DNA of 64,000 bases from Octopus bimaculoides. Its lineage: Eukaryota. Numbering within the stretch: position 1 is the first letter of the stretch; every line of letters starts with the position of its first letter. Positions 50,765 through 63,859 of this stretch are shown here, in pieces. Position numbers and translations under genes: made by a program. The notes under the pieces are model-generated. The model worked only from the letters and a program-made list of their open reading frames with translations. It did no database searches and was not told the origin of the DNA. The stretch lies in contig NC_068989.1 of the NCBI RefSeq assembly GCF_001194135.2, positions 48,066,922-48,130,921 of the forward strand, read 5' to 3'.

Positions 50765-51358
50765 ATATATACATATATATATATATANNNNNNNNNNNNN
50801 NNNNNNNNNNNNNNNNNNNNNNNNNNNNNNNNNNNNNNNNNNNNNNNNNNNNNNNNNNNNNNNNNNNNNNNNNNNNNNNNNNNNNNNNNNNNNNNNNNNN
50901 NNNNNNNNNNNNNNNNNNNNNNNNNNNNNNNNNNNNNNNNNNNNNNNNNNNNNNNNNNNNNNNNNNNNNNNNNNNNNNNNNNNNNNNNNNNNNNNNNNNN
51001 NNNNNNNNNNNNNNNNNNNNNNNNNNNNNNNNNNNNNNNNNNNNNNNNNNNNNNNNNNNNNNNNNNNNNNNNNNNNNNNNNNNNNNNNNNNNNNNNNNNN
51101 NNNNNNNNNNNNNNNNNNNNNNNNNNGTGTGTGTTATAAGCCTGATAGAACAAGGAGGAAAAATACAACTCGATGCACGTGTTTACGTATATATATACAC
51201 ACACACCAATTCATTATCTTTATTCATCAAAACACGATTTTGAGTCACTTTTGTAACTTTCTACCGATTAAAGTTAGAACCAACCAGAGGTATATGATTG
51301 TATCTGTGTATATATGTTTCTATGTACGTGCCAGCCACAGTATATCTTTATGTATGTA

Positions 51359-51399
<41 letters not shown>

Positions 51400-52076
51400 A
51401 GGAGAAAGAGAGAAAATATGGCTGCAGTTGCTTTTAAAATATTCACCAAGCATGTAATCCTAAGGGATATCGTGTTTCCATGTTAGTTTATTACAAATGT
51501 AGTAATATCGCTCAGTTGCCTATTCAATGTTAATGTTGATGAAAAGTTGAACCGCTAGAGGTGGCGGTGGTGACTGTAGTGGCGGTGGTGTTGTCATCAT
51601 CGTCGTCGTCGTCGTCGTCACCGTTGTCATCGTTTTCGGTATCGCCGATGTCGTCGCCGTAACGGTTGTGGGTGATAACGGTTGGTGGTGGTGGCGGTGA
51701 TTTCGTCTCTTCATGTTTTCAAGACCTCATTCTCCATTGCGTTCTTCTTTGTTCAACTTGAGTAGACTTGACTGCTGTTTACAGCATCTACGTGAACTTG
51801 TACTCTGGATGATGTTGTTTTTCACTGTTCGTAGTATTTCTGTTTTCAAATCGATATTGTTGATGTAGCTGTTATCACTACATTTCTTGATGCTGTCACA
51901 AACGCTCATAACGGATAACATGTTTTTCAGTATTTCATCCGGATTTACGTTCTGAGTTCAACTTCCGCTTCGATCGACTTTGCCTTTCATTCCTTCGGGC
52001 TTGGTTGATACCAGTCGGGCATTAGGGTAGTGGTGGTGGTGGTAGCAGCGGCAGTAGTAATAGTAATAGTAGTAGT

Positions 52077-52270
52077 AAGGTAACGAACTGGCAGAATCCT
52101 TTCAATGCGCCAGCATTTCGTCCGTCTCCAGGTTTTGAGTTCAAATTCTGCCGAGGTCGACTTTGCCTTTCATCCTTTCGAGATCGATTAAATATAAGTA
52201 CCAGTTGAGTACTGGGATCGATATAATTGACTAGCCTCTTTCTCTAAATTTCAGACCTTGCACGTATAGC
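52077..52270 (+). mobile_element. SINE family A (a further fragment lies at ~51930-52015)
   Basis: aaggtaacgaactggcagaatc...gagttcaaattctgccgaggtcgactttgcctttcatcctttcg. Confidence 0.88.
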
Positions 52271-52604
52271 ACAAACAATTATCATTGTCGAATCTGTTGT
52301 TATTTTTGTTGTTGACTTTACTGTTGCTAATAAATTTATGCGATTGATTTTGTGACTGTTGCTAATGATGAGGTAATGGTGCTGTTGCTATTGTAGCTGC
52401 TGCTAATGTTCGGATAATAAAGCACTGTTTAATGTTTTTGTTGCTGTTTTTATTGTGGTTGCTAATACTTGCTGGTTTATGAAAGAGAAAAGTTAGTAAA
52501 CCATTTTTACGTATCCCCCGTTCGTTCAAATTCTCTCCTCCAACCAACGTTAAGATTATTTGCATTCAATCAGATCGCTTACATACCCCACGTTTAGGTA
52601 TATG

Positions 52605-52640
<36 letters not shown>

Positions 52641-52781
52641 AGTCTATCTGTCTGTTTACGTGTGTTCTACGAGTAAAGTTACAAAAGTGACTGAAGGACC
52701 AAGAGTTTTACAGATGTTAACTTAAATTGCATTGCCTGGGTTCATGTGCATCACACACACACACACACACACGCACGCACG

Positions 52782-52817
<36 letters not shown>

Positions 52818-52830
52818 ATGTGTGTGGGGA

Positions 52831-53165
52831 GGGGCAATGGCCCAGTGGTTAGGGCAGCGGACTTGCGATTGTAGGATCTCAGACCGGGCGTTGTGAGTGT
52901 TTATTGTGCGAAAACACCTAAAGCTCCAAAAGGCTCCGGCAGGTGGGTGGTGGCGAACTCTGCTGTACTGTTTCACCATAACTTTCTCTCACTCTTTCTT
53001 CCTGTTTCTGTTGTACCTGTATTTCAAAGGGCCAACCTGGACATACTACGTTAAGGGTACACGTGTCTGTGGAGTGCTCAGTCATTTGCACGTTAATTTC
53101 ACGAGCAGGCTGTTCCGTTGATCTGATCAACTGGAACACTCGTCGTCGTAATCGATAGAGTGCCA
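52831..53165 (+). mobile_element. tRNA-headed SINE family E
   Basis: ggggcaatggcccagtggttagggcagcggact (A-box; B-box deleted), then a ~300-bp body ending ...ctcgtcgtcgtaa.cga..gagtgcca. Confidence 0.75.
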
Positions 53166-53764
53166 CGATGATGTGTGTATGTGTCCGCTTGACGATCGGT
53201 TTTAATGTGTTACATCCTCGTAATTTTGCAAGTCGTCCAAGAGACTGAGAGAATAAGTACCAAGCTTTAAAAGGTAATAAGTACTGTTGTTGAAGTTTTC
53301 GACTAAACCTGTCAAGGCTGTACTTCAGGAAGACCGCTTTCCAGTGGCCGAAACAAAAAAAAGATAGATAGATAGACAGACAGAGATAGAGAGAGATGGA
53401 CAGACAGACAAATAGCTATGCGGTTATCAGCCCTTCTGCCTACCTGTCTGGATACAATATCTATATGCTCGCCTGGCTTTTTCGTGTAAGGTCAATCAAC
53501 TTGACCTATGTCTTCACATTCTATTTGGCGATTAATCTCACATTGTTAGCTATATATCTATGCTTTTGTTTTACATGTCCGTATATATGTATATATGTAT
53601 ATGTACGTGTGTATGCATGCACGTATATATATATATATATATGTGTGTGTATGTATATAAGTGTGTGTGTGTGAGTGTGTATGCATGTATGTATATGTAT
53701 ATGTAGATAGATAGATAGATAGATAGATAGACAGATAGATAGATAAACAGATAGATAGATAAAC

Positions 53765-53812
<48 letters not shown>

Positions 53813-54050
53813 GTGTGTGTGTGTGTGTGTGCGTGCATGCATGCCTCTGTGTGTGTATGTGTGCGTATGTGTGTAAAACTGATTTGCTTTAGAATCCACA
53901 TCTCAATGTTCTTTGTTTACTGGGCAGAGGGTTCAAGTCGAGCCTTTTGCACTTTTCTTCTGTAAAAAAAATTACGTAAGAATATAGTACGGTGCATCAC
54001 GATCTTTTAAAACTTTACAAAAGAATAATTTACAATACTAGAATACTATC

Positions 54051-54474
54051 GGATTCAAATTTTAGTACAAGGCCAGCAATTTCAGGGGGCGAGATAAGTC
54101 GATTACATCGATTCCAGTACTGAACTAGTACTTATTTTATCGACCTCCCCAAAATCGTCCTCGGCGGAATTTGAACTCAGAACGGGAAAACGGACGAAAT
54201 GCCGCTAAAAATTTTAACAATTCAGCCAGCTCATTAACTTAACAATACTAAAATAATATTGGTTTCAAATTTTGGTACAAGGCTAACAATTTTGGGAGAG
54301 CAGGTAAGTCGATTATATTGATTCCAGTGTTCAATTGATACTTATTGTATCGACTCTTAAAGGATTAAAGAGCAAGTCGACCACTGTGGAATTTGAACTC
54401 AAAACGTGAAGACGAACGAAATGCCGTTAAGCATTTTTCCCGGCGTGCTAACAATTCGGCCAGCTCATTACCTT
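54051..54474 (-). mobile_element. two tandem SINE family A copies
   Basis: tcaaatttt.gtacaaggc..gcaattt...taagtcgatta.at.gattccagt...ggaatttgaactca.aacg...gccagctcatt occurs at 54051-54235 and 54261-54474. Confidence 0.88.
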
Positions 54475-55782
54475 TACACTACTAGATTCATATTACAAAT
54501 CTCTGATTTCGTATCACAATCAAAATTGTTTTTAAAAGTTTGCACTACACATTACGCTGTAACACAATATATCCTTTCAGCAAGTATTAAACAACAGAAT
54601 AAGAATGTAGATTACAAGAATAAACAGAATCATCATTGAGACATAATTATTAATGCATGATCTGGATGAAAGATTTAAATTCAATGGATGTAATTCTCTC
54701 CATGTGATGTCATTTACCTTTCGTTTTAGAGATTAGTTCCCAATACGTTTAGCATTTTCAATGGGGAGAAAGAATTTCTCAAGATCATTATACAAAATGC
54801 TACACTAAATCTCTGCGGACAAGTATCTTCTCATGGACAAGTGTATATGGCTCGTTCCAGTGGACATGTTTACTTCTTGAGTTAAAGCTCTACTATAACA
54901 ATACTCTTGGGTCACCGACACAACGTATGAATGAGAAAAGAAGGGGTGGCAGATGAATAAGGAAGGAAGGGGTGATGGCAAACTTAGTAGTGGGATGGTG
55001 AACATTCAACGCTGAAAAGAAAAATCAAACAGCATTTCAAATTTGTGTGAGTATATGTGTGTCCAAGGGAAGTATGTGAATGTATGTAAACATTGACAAG
55101 CGTCTTAATTTGATTTACCATCTATATTTGTATATAAATACGACAATTAGCCGTCATTTTTGAAGGCATGGAGCCAGATAGTTAAAAATAATTGTTAACT
55201 GCTCACATGTTAGCAGGGTTTGTGAATGTGTACCAAAGAATATGTACTCCAAAGATGTTCTCCCAAATATTACACCGTCAGTACTACTTACGCGTCCATT
55301 ACGTGATAAAATCGAGATCTTCAGGTTAATTTTTTTCACGTTTCAAAAGAATTTCAGCGTTCACTATTACATTTTTGTAATGCTATGATTTTCAGAATAT
55401 TGGCGGAATTACCACGGTTACTACAATTAACTATCTCTTACAATATTATTCAAAATTAAATTATGTAAAAAAATTTTGAAAAAGTGAATACTGCAAGTTA
55501 ATTCAATTTACCTGTGGAAGATGTCAGATGATGTTCATACGGTAGGGATGAAAACAGATGTAGTGGTGATAACTTGTTATTATGAGTAAAAAAAAGCTGT
55601 GAAGCTTTACCAGTTCTTGCCTCCCACTCACGGAAATCTGAGGGGATTATGAAGGGGTGAATCAGCAGCTGGAGGGTCATCAGTATCCTTAGAATGGTTT
55701 GAAGATAGCTTCAAAACATTAGGTTCAGTTGCTTATGTTGCTGATGCTACTTCCGGTTAATGAGTTCTCCTAGGGATCTAAA

Positions 55783-56100
55783 TCATTGGTAATAATACTG
55801 AACATTATATAATAGATCCTCGTCATCATCTCTGCTGTCAATAACAGGGATTTCAGAAGTTATTTGTGCTTCAGTTAACTCTTGGTTTCCAGAATCATCA
55901 TCTTTGTCTTTTACCCAGGTCCTGACATCCGCTTCTGTAATAACTGATTTACTTTTTGAAGCGTGCAATGAAAATATCAATCTTTCAAAATGATATCCTT
56001 CTCCAGTTATAAATGCCTCCTCTTCGTGATTTGTAACTTTTGCATCTCTCATACGCTTCCTCGCACCAACTGATAATCACTTACAATTATCAAAAATAAT
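55783..56100 (-). mobile_element. possible pogo/Tigger transposase C-terminal relic
   Basis: DVRTWVKDKDDDSGNQELTEAQI resembles the acidic 'DV.EW...D.D..G.Q.LTD.EI' segment; no DDE motif recognised. Confidence 0.3.
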
Positions 56101-57399
56101 TCAAAGAAAATGTAGTGCGTTTCAGCTTAGTCATGCGTATGTCCGAAGACGTTTGCTTTAAAGCACGATACTTTCACAACCGAAGTACTAACCTCTAATT
56201 TCTTTTGGTATCTTCTTCTAATTATTACACTTTCTGGGAGTAATAATTTAACGAATAGAGCCAGTAGATACTTTATTATGGAAACTGCAAGGTAACACAA
56301 CACAGATAAAATTAGTTCAAAGACAGCGATGAATGTTAACAATAATGGTTAGGCTCTCAACTCAAATTTCGTCAGACAATCGATAGCCAACTTCGCATAG
56401 TACATTTCAATGATGGTGCTCTGTATTTTAAATGTGTTAATAAAATTGTAACTCTTTAAGCTATGTCCGTGCTATGCTACGATTTTAACTCAGCATTGCC
56501 GATGAACAAAGCTCTTGACATTTATGCAGTGCTCCCCTTTTGCTTGCAGAATAATCTATCAATTTTCAAGGGCTAACTTAATTACCTTACCAGATTAATA
56601 GATTTCGTCCTGTATTATCTACTTCAGTTCTGTAAGTTGATTCTCAGGAAAATAATGAATTACTGAATGTGTGAATGAATGAATGCTTATGCATCTACAT
56701 ATTAACTACTTTCCATATGTTAAATATGGAATCTTATCTCAATATCCGTAATATTAAATTAATGAAAATATGTCTCTGACTTGCATGCGACTTTATCGCA
56801 CATCTGTTTCTCCTGAAACCACGTTGTTAAAATTTCACATTAAAGATGGATCTGAAATTAATGCGTGAGGTCAAACATCAAGTTGGTTCGACGTACCTCG
56901 ATATTCGTATCAACTAAGTAACCTCTTCATATTAATTCAAGTTGGTAACATTACCAGCAAATTCTGTACCGAATTATAATTTACTGTCTAAAAAGGGACT
57001 AATATATTAGACGTTGTATTTTTAGATACACTGTCTGAATAAAATACGACAGAGTCATAGCTTGAACATAGATCTACATCATCAAGAGACTCACATGAAG
57101 CTAAACAACTTTACTCTTTCTCTAATTAAATCAGTTTTGTTGTGTTACTCAGCACGCGATCGAACTCTCATCAACGGACCTATTTCATAATCATTTAAAC
57201 TGTGAGTTTCAAGTACTTTTAGGAACATCACAAATATAAATTAGCCTGTCACAAAGATTAGCCTTCTTTTCAAGCCCGAAGAGATTTCAACCTGGAACAT
57301 CTACTAACACTCTACAACAATCCGGTGAACGGTGTTCCTTCTGGTTTTATGCTCGCAGAAATTTCAGACGATATCCTCTCATCATTGATTGTCACGAAT

Positions 57400-57650
57400 T
57401 TACCAACTCATTCCAACTCACAGACTTTTTCTATTCTCTATTCCTTTCTTAACTATCGTCTTTTCTCCTCAGATATGAATGATCTCGTTACACATCCACT
57501 CAAATAACCTCGTCTTACTTGTGTCATCCGCTGAATGTCACACATTTTATTCCCCATATAACTATTTCGCCCAATCTTTCTCCCACCAGAACGATGTCTT
57601 TCCGGAAATTCATCTCTACGCATTTTTTTTCCTGCAGCGTTCAACTCGTA
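57400..57650 (+). mobile_element. CR1-like LINE 3' end, degenerate
   Basis: SILYSFLNYRLFSSDMNDLVTHPLK*PRLT...RTMSFRKFISTHFFPAAFN resembles 'SLFYRY....CSSEL..LVP..LK..R.TR...RT..LWNSLP..VFP...N'. Confidence 0.5.
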
Positions 57651-57762
57651 GCTAACCAAGGCGGATACTCACCACGGCAACCACTCCGGTCATGAAGGCC
57701 TAGGAAGGTCATAGACTTAACTATTTCATCCAGCTTATTCCATTTAAATAATTAGCCATTAT

Positions 57763-57840
57763 AGGCGCATGTGCCGGCTTTTTGGTAAGAAGCATGCTTC
57801 TCAACCACCTGGTTCCCGGGTTTAGTCCCACAGCGTGGCA
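57763..57840 (+). mobile_element. SINE family B head fragment
   Basis: ggtaagaagcatgcttctcaaccac.tggttcccgggtttagtcccacagcgtggca. Confidence 0.75.
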
Positions 57841-58321
57841 AAACAATAGGATATTTAACCAATTGACTAATAATAAATGAGTGGAATTGAACCAGTGTGT
57901 ATGTTAATTATTTTTGTATGATGACTTTCCCTAGACACAACAAAATGTATTTCAATTCACGAATTCTCATAAATAATCTTGCAAACCAGATACAAAAACG
58001 AAAAAGAAATCATAAAATGACAGAAGAAGACTAAAAAGATGTACACTTTACAAACACTAACAGATTGTCTTCGACTATACCAGGGAGACTAGTTGAATTA
58101 TATAAAACGTAGCACAACATTTTCAGGAACTATTGGATTCTATTAGATAGACACCAAATATGAAAATTTACCTAGCAAATTTTTTAAAAGAATTATAATT
58201 AGAGTCAACAATAACATTTTTAATGTTTTATATTTCATAAGAGAATTTCTTTAAATTTTAATATTGAAGATGATATAGATTATATAGAAGATTATATAGA
58301 CAGCATATATTACTCTAAATT

Positions 58322-58440
58322 CTAAGGCTAACCCTTAAACCAGAAGCATCACCCCTAAATCTAACCCTAAAACCTAAAACTAACCATAATCCCTAACACT
58401 AACATTAGAACCTAATCTTAACACTATATCCTAACGCTAA
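58322..58440. repeat. degenerate (CCCTAA)n-like tract
   Basis: ctaaccctaaaacctaaaactaaccataatccctaacactaac...cctaacgctaa. Confidence 0.6.
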
Positions 58441-58546
58441 TTTATAATCAGAATTGTAATTTTCAAAGTCTAAAACATGAAATCTGAAAAATAGAAAAGC
58501 TAAGAGAGGATACTTCTTGCACATACATACATACATACATACATAT

Positions 58547-58577
<31 letters not shown>

Positions 58578-59621
58578 CATACATACATACATGCATACAT
58601 ACATACATATGTATATATGAATATGTGTGCGATAAGTATATATATATATAAATGGTATATATATATATATATATATACACAGGTGTGTGCCTGTAATATA
58701 TATAATGACGGATGTAGCCTGGTTCTTTTAATTTTCTTAGTTGATAATGTAATGTGATACTCAGTAGGACTCTTATCTTTGAAAATTACACTTAATTCTA
58801 AAAATTTTAATAAAAAGTAGCCGTTTTGTTTTTTAAAGTGGGTTGCGTGCAGCTTTCAAAAATTGCATAATCTGCTAGTCGCAAGACTATCTGACAACAG
58901 CCATACACATGCAGACGACATATTCATAGCGTAGCTAATAGCATAGAATACCATTGGTTGTTTCTTCCCTCTCACCCCATCCAACTACCTAATCAGGTAT
59001 ACATATCTCTATAACAACATGCATACATAAATACTTTAAAGGAATGAAGCGAACGTCGTTTTAAAAGGACGCTGTTTGTGTGATTGATAAAGAGACAGAC
59101 ATGGCAGAAATTGTATTCAATATTTATGTTATTCTTAAAAACCAACGTTTGTTTTATTTTACTTTTGTAATTTTGTTTTTTGGCTTTTTGTTTTTTGTGT
59201 TTTGATTTATTTATTTCCCCCCCCCCCATCTAATAGCGTTTAAATAAAGAGTATTCTACCTTCCTAACATATCAGATTTTTAATTTACGAATTCAATTTC
59301 CGTTCTTAGGAAATACACATTCATCATCACATAAACAATTTACTATATTAAATACACATGCGCGCGCGCGCATTCACGCATGTAGGAATGCATGCATACA
59401 TACACACACATACGTACATACATACATACATACATACATACATAAACATCTATTGACCATTGATAAGGAATTTACAAACCCAGTACCCAAGACACACTTT
59501 CTGCTTCATACCTATTATTAATGGAGCAACAGGATACACACCAGTCCGTCTCAAGCAAAATAATGTTAAACTTGAGTTCTTAGAGAAAAAAATGCAAATC
59601 CTTAATCCAGATGCTATAAAT

Positions 59622-59892
59622 CAGGGGTTTTCAAACTTTTTGACTTGCGGACCCCTTTATATTTCAGGCTTTACCCTAGGGACCCTTATAAACGCTTATG
59701 AAATTTATACATAAATATTTGCTTAAAATAACATATTTTTACATTTATTTATTTAACAGTATTTAACAAATTGGTTTATTGTCAATTAACAGATTTCGAT
59801 TAAAAAACATATATAAAATCAAATTGCCCATAAAAAGTATTTGCTGTCCACGGACCCCCTGTGGTCCGTGGACCACAGTTTGAAAACCCCTG
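59622..59892. mobile_element. intact hAT (Buster/Charlie-type) MITE, 271 bp
   Basis: Perfect 16-bp TIRs caggggttttcaaact / agtttgaaaacccctg, and an identical 8-bp TSD CTATAAAT at 59614-59621 and 59893-59900 with a central TA. Confidence 0.95.
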
Positions 59893-60360
59893 CTATAAAT
59901 GATCGGATATCTGGGACTTCAAAAATCTATCAAACCGTCTTAAGATTTGAACGATGATCGTTAAAACGAGATACTTTCTTTCACAATCTTGCTACAAAGC
60001 AAGTGGCCGGTCAAAATTTACTCCACTATCTAGATATATACACGCCATCTCTTTTTTTTCTTTCTGTCGTAAGTATAAAATCTTCATTATCAATAAGTTT
60101 AATTTTTCGTTTTCTCAAATCAAAAAAAATGCCACATAATTCATGATCTCTTGAATGACTGGATGTGTTCCAAATTTCAATCTCACTTCCTAGGTGCAAA
60201 ACTGTGCGCTGCAACATATACATTCTGTACATACATACTCACTTATATGCGTATATACATAAATATACACATGTATAAATACACATACATACAGGCATGC
60301 ATACATACATATTTATGCACATATATTGTTATATATTTAGATGTAATAATGCTTTCCACT

Positions 60361-60988
60361 TAATACAAGGCCGTGAATTTTGGCGGTGGTGCTAGACGAT
60401 TACAGTGAACTCAATAATTGATTGGTACTTAATATATCAACCCCGAAATGGATAAAAGACAAAGTCAACTTCGGTGGAATTTGAACTCAGAACGTAAAGC
60501 TGGAAGGAATGCTGCTTCGTATTTAATCCAGCATTCTAACTATTCTGAAACTCGCCACGTTATATCTAGATGTAAAAAATCTTTCAAGTACAGGCAGAAG
60601 GCCTGAAATTTTGAAGGAAGGAGCTAAATCGATTACATTGACCCCAGTGTTCGACTGGTACTTATTTTATCGACTCTGAAAGGATGAAAGGCAAAGTCAG
60701 CCTGGCGGTATTTGAACTCAGAATGTAAAAACGGACGAAATACTGCTAAGCATTTTGTCCGGCATGCTAACGATTCTTATTTCTTTATTGCCCACAATGG
60801 GCTAAACATAGAGGAGACAGACAAAGAGATTAAGTCGATTACATCGATCTCAGTGCGTAACTGGTACTTAATTTATCGATCCCGAAAGGATGAAAGGCAA
60901 AGTCGACCTCGGCGGAATTTGAACGGCAGACAAAATACCGCTACGCATTTCGCCCGGCGCACTAACGATTCTGCCAGCTCATCACCTT
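60361..60988 (-). mobile_element. three head-to-tail SINE family A copies
   Basis: Copies at ~60361-60562, 60587-60779 and 60780-60988 share the family A core. Confidence 0.9.
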
Positions 60989-61348
60989 ATATTTAGATGC
61001 AACAATACTTGTTTCTTTAATACTCCTAAACCCAAAAGAAGACACACATCTCAGCATCGGTAATGTAATACGAACCAGAAACCTTTTCAAAAGGATATCA
61101 ATGTTTTAGGAACACGGCGAGTGCGATTCTCCTACATATCACAGAGTTGTTTGTCCCGGTTTAGATATTTAGCGTTTGAAAACATAGGTCGCAGAATTTT
61201 TCTTTTACAGACGGTGCTTCACCATATACACAGCCTTTAGGCCGAAACGCATAAAAGAGTAAAAGAATATATGATCAATGTAATCCTTTCAACCGATTAT
61301 TATTATCTGAATGCTACATATGGAATTGTCCACCGAATGTCATCCTTT

Positions 61349-61764
61349 AATATTGGTTTCAAATTTTGGCACAAGGCCGGCAATTTCATGAGAGGCGCTA
61401 AGTGGATTACATTGATTCTCAGTGCTCCACTAGTTATTAATTTATCGACTCCGAGGAGATGGATGGTAAAGTTGACTTCGGCAGAATTTGAACTGAGAAC
61501 GTAAAGACGGACGAACTACCGCTAAGCATTTTGCCCGGTGTGCTAACGATTGTTTTCTGCTCTAGGCATAAGGCCCGAAAATTTGGGGGAGGGACCAGTC
61601 GATTATATCAGCCCTAGTACGCAACTGGTACTTAATTTATCGACGCCTAAAGGATGAAAGGCAAAGTCGAATTCGGCGGAATTTGAACTCAGAACATAAA
61701 AACAGACGAAATACCGCTAAGCATTTTACCTGTCGTGCTAACGATTCTGCCAGCTCTCCGCCTT
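61349..61764 (-). mobile_element. two head-to-tail SINE family A copies
   Basis: Copies at 61349-61551 and 61552-61764. Confidence 0.9.
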
Positions 61765-62883
61765 AAATGGCATTCTGTATTAATTAAGGGCAATAGAGTG
61801 ACGGACAAAGTCGACCCACGTAGGATATGAATTCAAATCATAAAGGAACGCAACGAAATTCTACAAAGAGATTTCTACCATCGAAGCGTCATTGTCTTAC
61901 TCAGTTAGCTTCAATGAAGAGAAGGGGGAGATAAAGAAGTACAGAAATGAGGTTGTACGTGGTAGTAATGGTAGCGAAGGAGAAATGTGATGAGAATGGA
62001 GTTGATAGAGTTTGAATCGACGCCGGTAGTGACGATTTATCATAATTCCGAAGTTAATGTATTGCTAATGTTGTTGTTGTTGTTGCTATGTTGATAATGA
62101 TAACCGTTTTAGTTTTCCTTACACTTATATATATATATATCCCTTATACACGCCCGCGCGCGCGCACACACGCACACGCAGATTCATGAACACGCACACA
62201 TACATTTACATATATATATATATATATGCATATATACATACATATATATGTATGTTCGTATATAGGTATAGATATATACACGCATACACATATATATGAA
62301 TGCTGTATGCATGAATGCNNNNNNNNNNNNNNNNNNNNNNNNNNNNNNNNNNNNNNNNNNNNNNNNNNNNNNNNNNNNNNNNNNNNNNNNNNNNNNNNNN
62401 NNNNNNNNNNNNNNNNNNNNNNNNNNNNNNNNNNNNNNNNNNNNNNNNNNNNNNNNNNNNNNNNNNNNNNNNNNNNNNNNNNNNNNNNNNNNNNNNNNNN
62501 NNNNNNNNNNNNNNNNNNNNNNNNNNNNNNNNNNNNNNNNNNNNNNNNNNNNNNNNNNNNNNNNNNNNNNNNNNNNNNNNNNNNNNNNNNNNNNNNNNNN
62601 NNNNNNNNNNNNNNNNNNNNNNNNNNNNNNNNNNNNNNNNNNNNNNNNNNNNNNNNNNNNNNNNNNNNNNNNNNNNNNNNNNNNNNNNNNNNNNNNNNNN
62701 NNNNNNNNNNNNNNNNNNNNNNNNNNNNNNNNNNNNNNNNNNNNNNNNNNNNNNNNNNNNNNNNNNNNNNNNNNNNNNNNNNNNNNNNNNNNNNNNNNNN
62801 NNNNNNNNNNNNNNNNNNNNNNNNNNNNNNNNNNNNNNNNNNNNNNNNNNNNNNNNNNNNNNNNNNNNNNNNNNNNNNNNNNN

Positions 62884-62963
<80 letters not shown>

Positions 62964-63859
62964 GCATATATACATACATATATATGTATGTTCGTATATA
63001 GGTATAGATATATACACGCATACACATATATATGAATGCTGTATGCATGAATGCCTCTCTCTATATATGCATGTGTGTTTATACATGTGTGTGTGCTTAT
63101 ACGTGTGTGTGTGTCTGTGTGTGTGTGTCCGTGTGTGTGTGTGTGTGTGCATATATGTGTGTGTGTGCGTTTGAGTGTAATTTCAACATATAATCTGAAA
63201 TAACTTCGTTACTGCTATTAGTGTTTTTGTTGGAATTGTTGTTGTTATTGTTGGTTTTGCTGCTGCTGCTGCTGTTGTTGTTTTAACATTTTCTGTTAAT
63301 GGGATTGAAATAACACGGAGATCTAAGATTACAAAATTTTATCATGATCATCATCACCATTATAATCATCATCTTTATTAGCAACATCATCATTATCACT
63401 ACAAAGTCATCATCATCAACATCATCATTGTCGTCATTGACAGCAGCAGCAGCGCCTCGTCGTCATCATACTCCGCGTGAGTGCCCGCATCACCATGGCA
63501 ATCAACATCATCATTAACCTAACCTCTACTGTCATTTCTATTATCAATGCTTTTTATACTATTATTTTTTGCTGTCGTTGTTGTCTTCTCGTCCTTACTT
63601 CTAGCAATCTCATGAAACTGGCACTTGTAGATATTCTAACATTTTAATACGTGTATGCATGTGTGTGTTTGTGTTTTTGTGTTTGTGTGCGTGTGTGTGC
63701 GTGAGTGTGTGTGTGTGTGGACTTACATTTACATGCGTTTACTCTGTGTCGGAAACGCACACCCGAAGTTACACGCACGCATGTATATATATATATATAT
63801 ATATATAGTTAAAAAAAACAATAACAAAAAAACAAAAAAAACAACAAAGTGAGGACGTG

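Larger units (their letters stand above)
1455..62883. other. 14 assembly gaps (N-runs)
   Basis: Approx. 1455-2310, 3375-4306, 5038-5754, 7110-7276, 11324-12052, 17650-18333, 36290-36820, 38021-38530, 39620-39655, 41241-41250, 44887-44902, 46327-47298, 50788-51126, 62319-62883. Most are bordered by microsatellites. Confidence 0.98.

Noticed and set aside
16790-57840. tRNA-like A/B boxes at 16790, 34681, 41839, 52831 and 57763
   Set aside because: They are SINE heads continuing into repeat bodies, with no complete cloverleaf, so not tRNA genes.
61200-61260. tctttta-cagacgg...ggccGAAAcgca-taaaaga
   Set aside because: Two core mismatches and an ill-defined stem II make it too degenerate to call.
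62207-63054. Identical 112-bp sequence on both sides of the 62319-62883 gap (62207-62318 and 62943-63054)
   Set aside because: Most likely an unmerged contig overlap, so not treated as a biological duplication.
1330-63174. Long ORFs (190-476 aa) spanning N-runs, and poly-YI/CV/HT/S/L/Y ORFs
   Set aside because: They are artefacts of unknown bases and of di-, tri- and tetranucleotide microsatellites, with no real coding signal.
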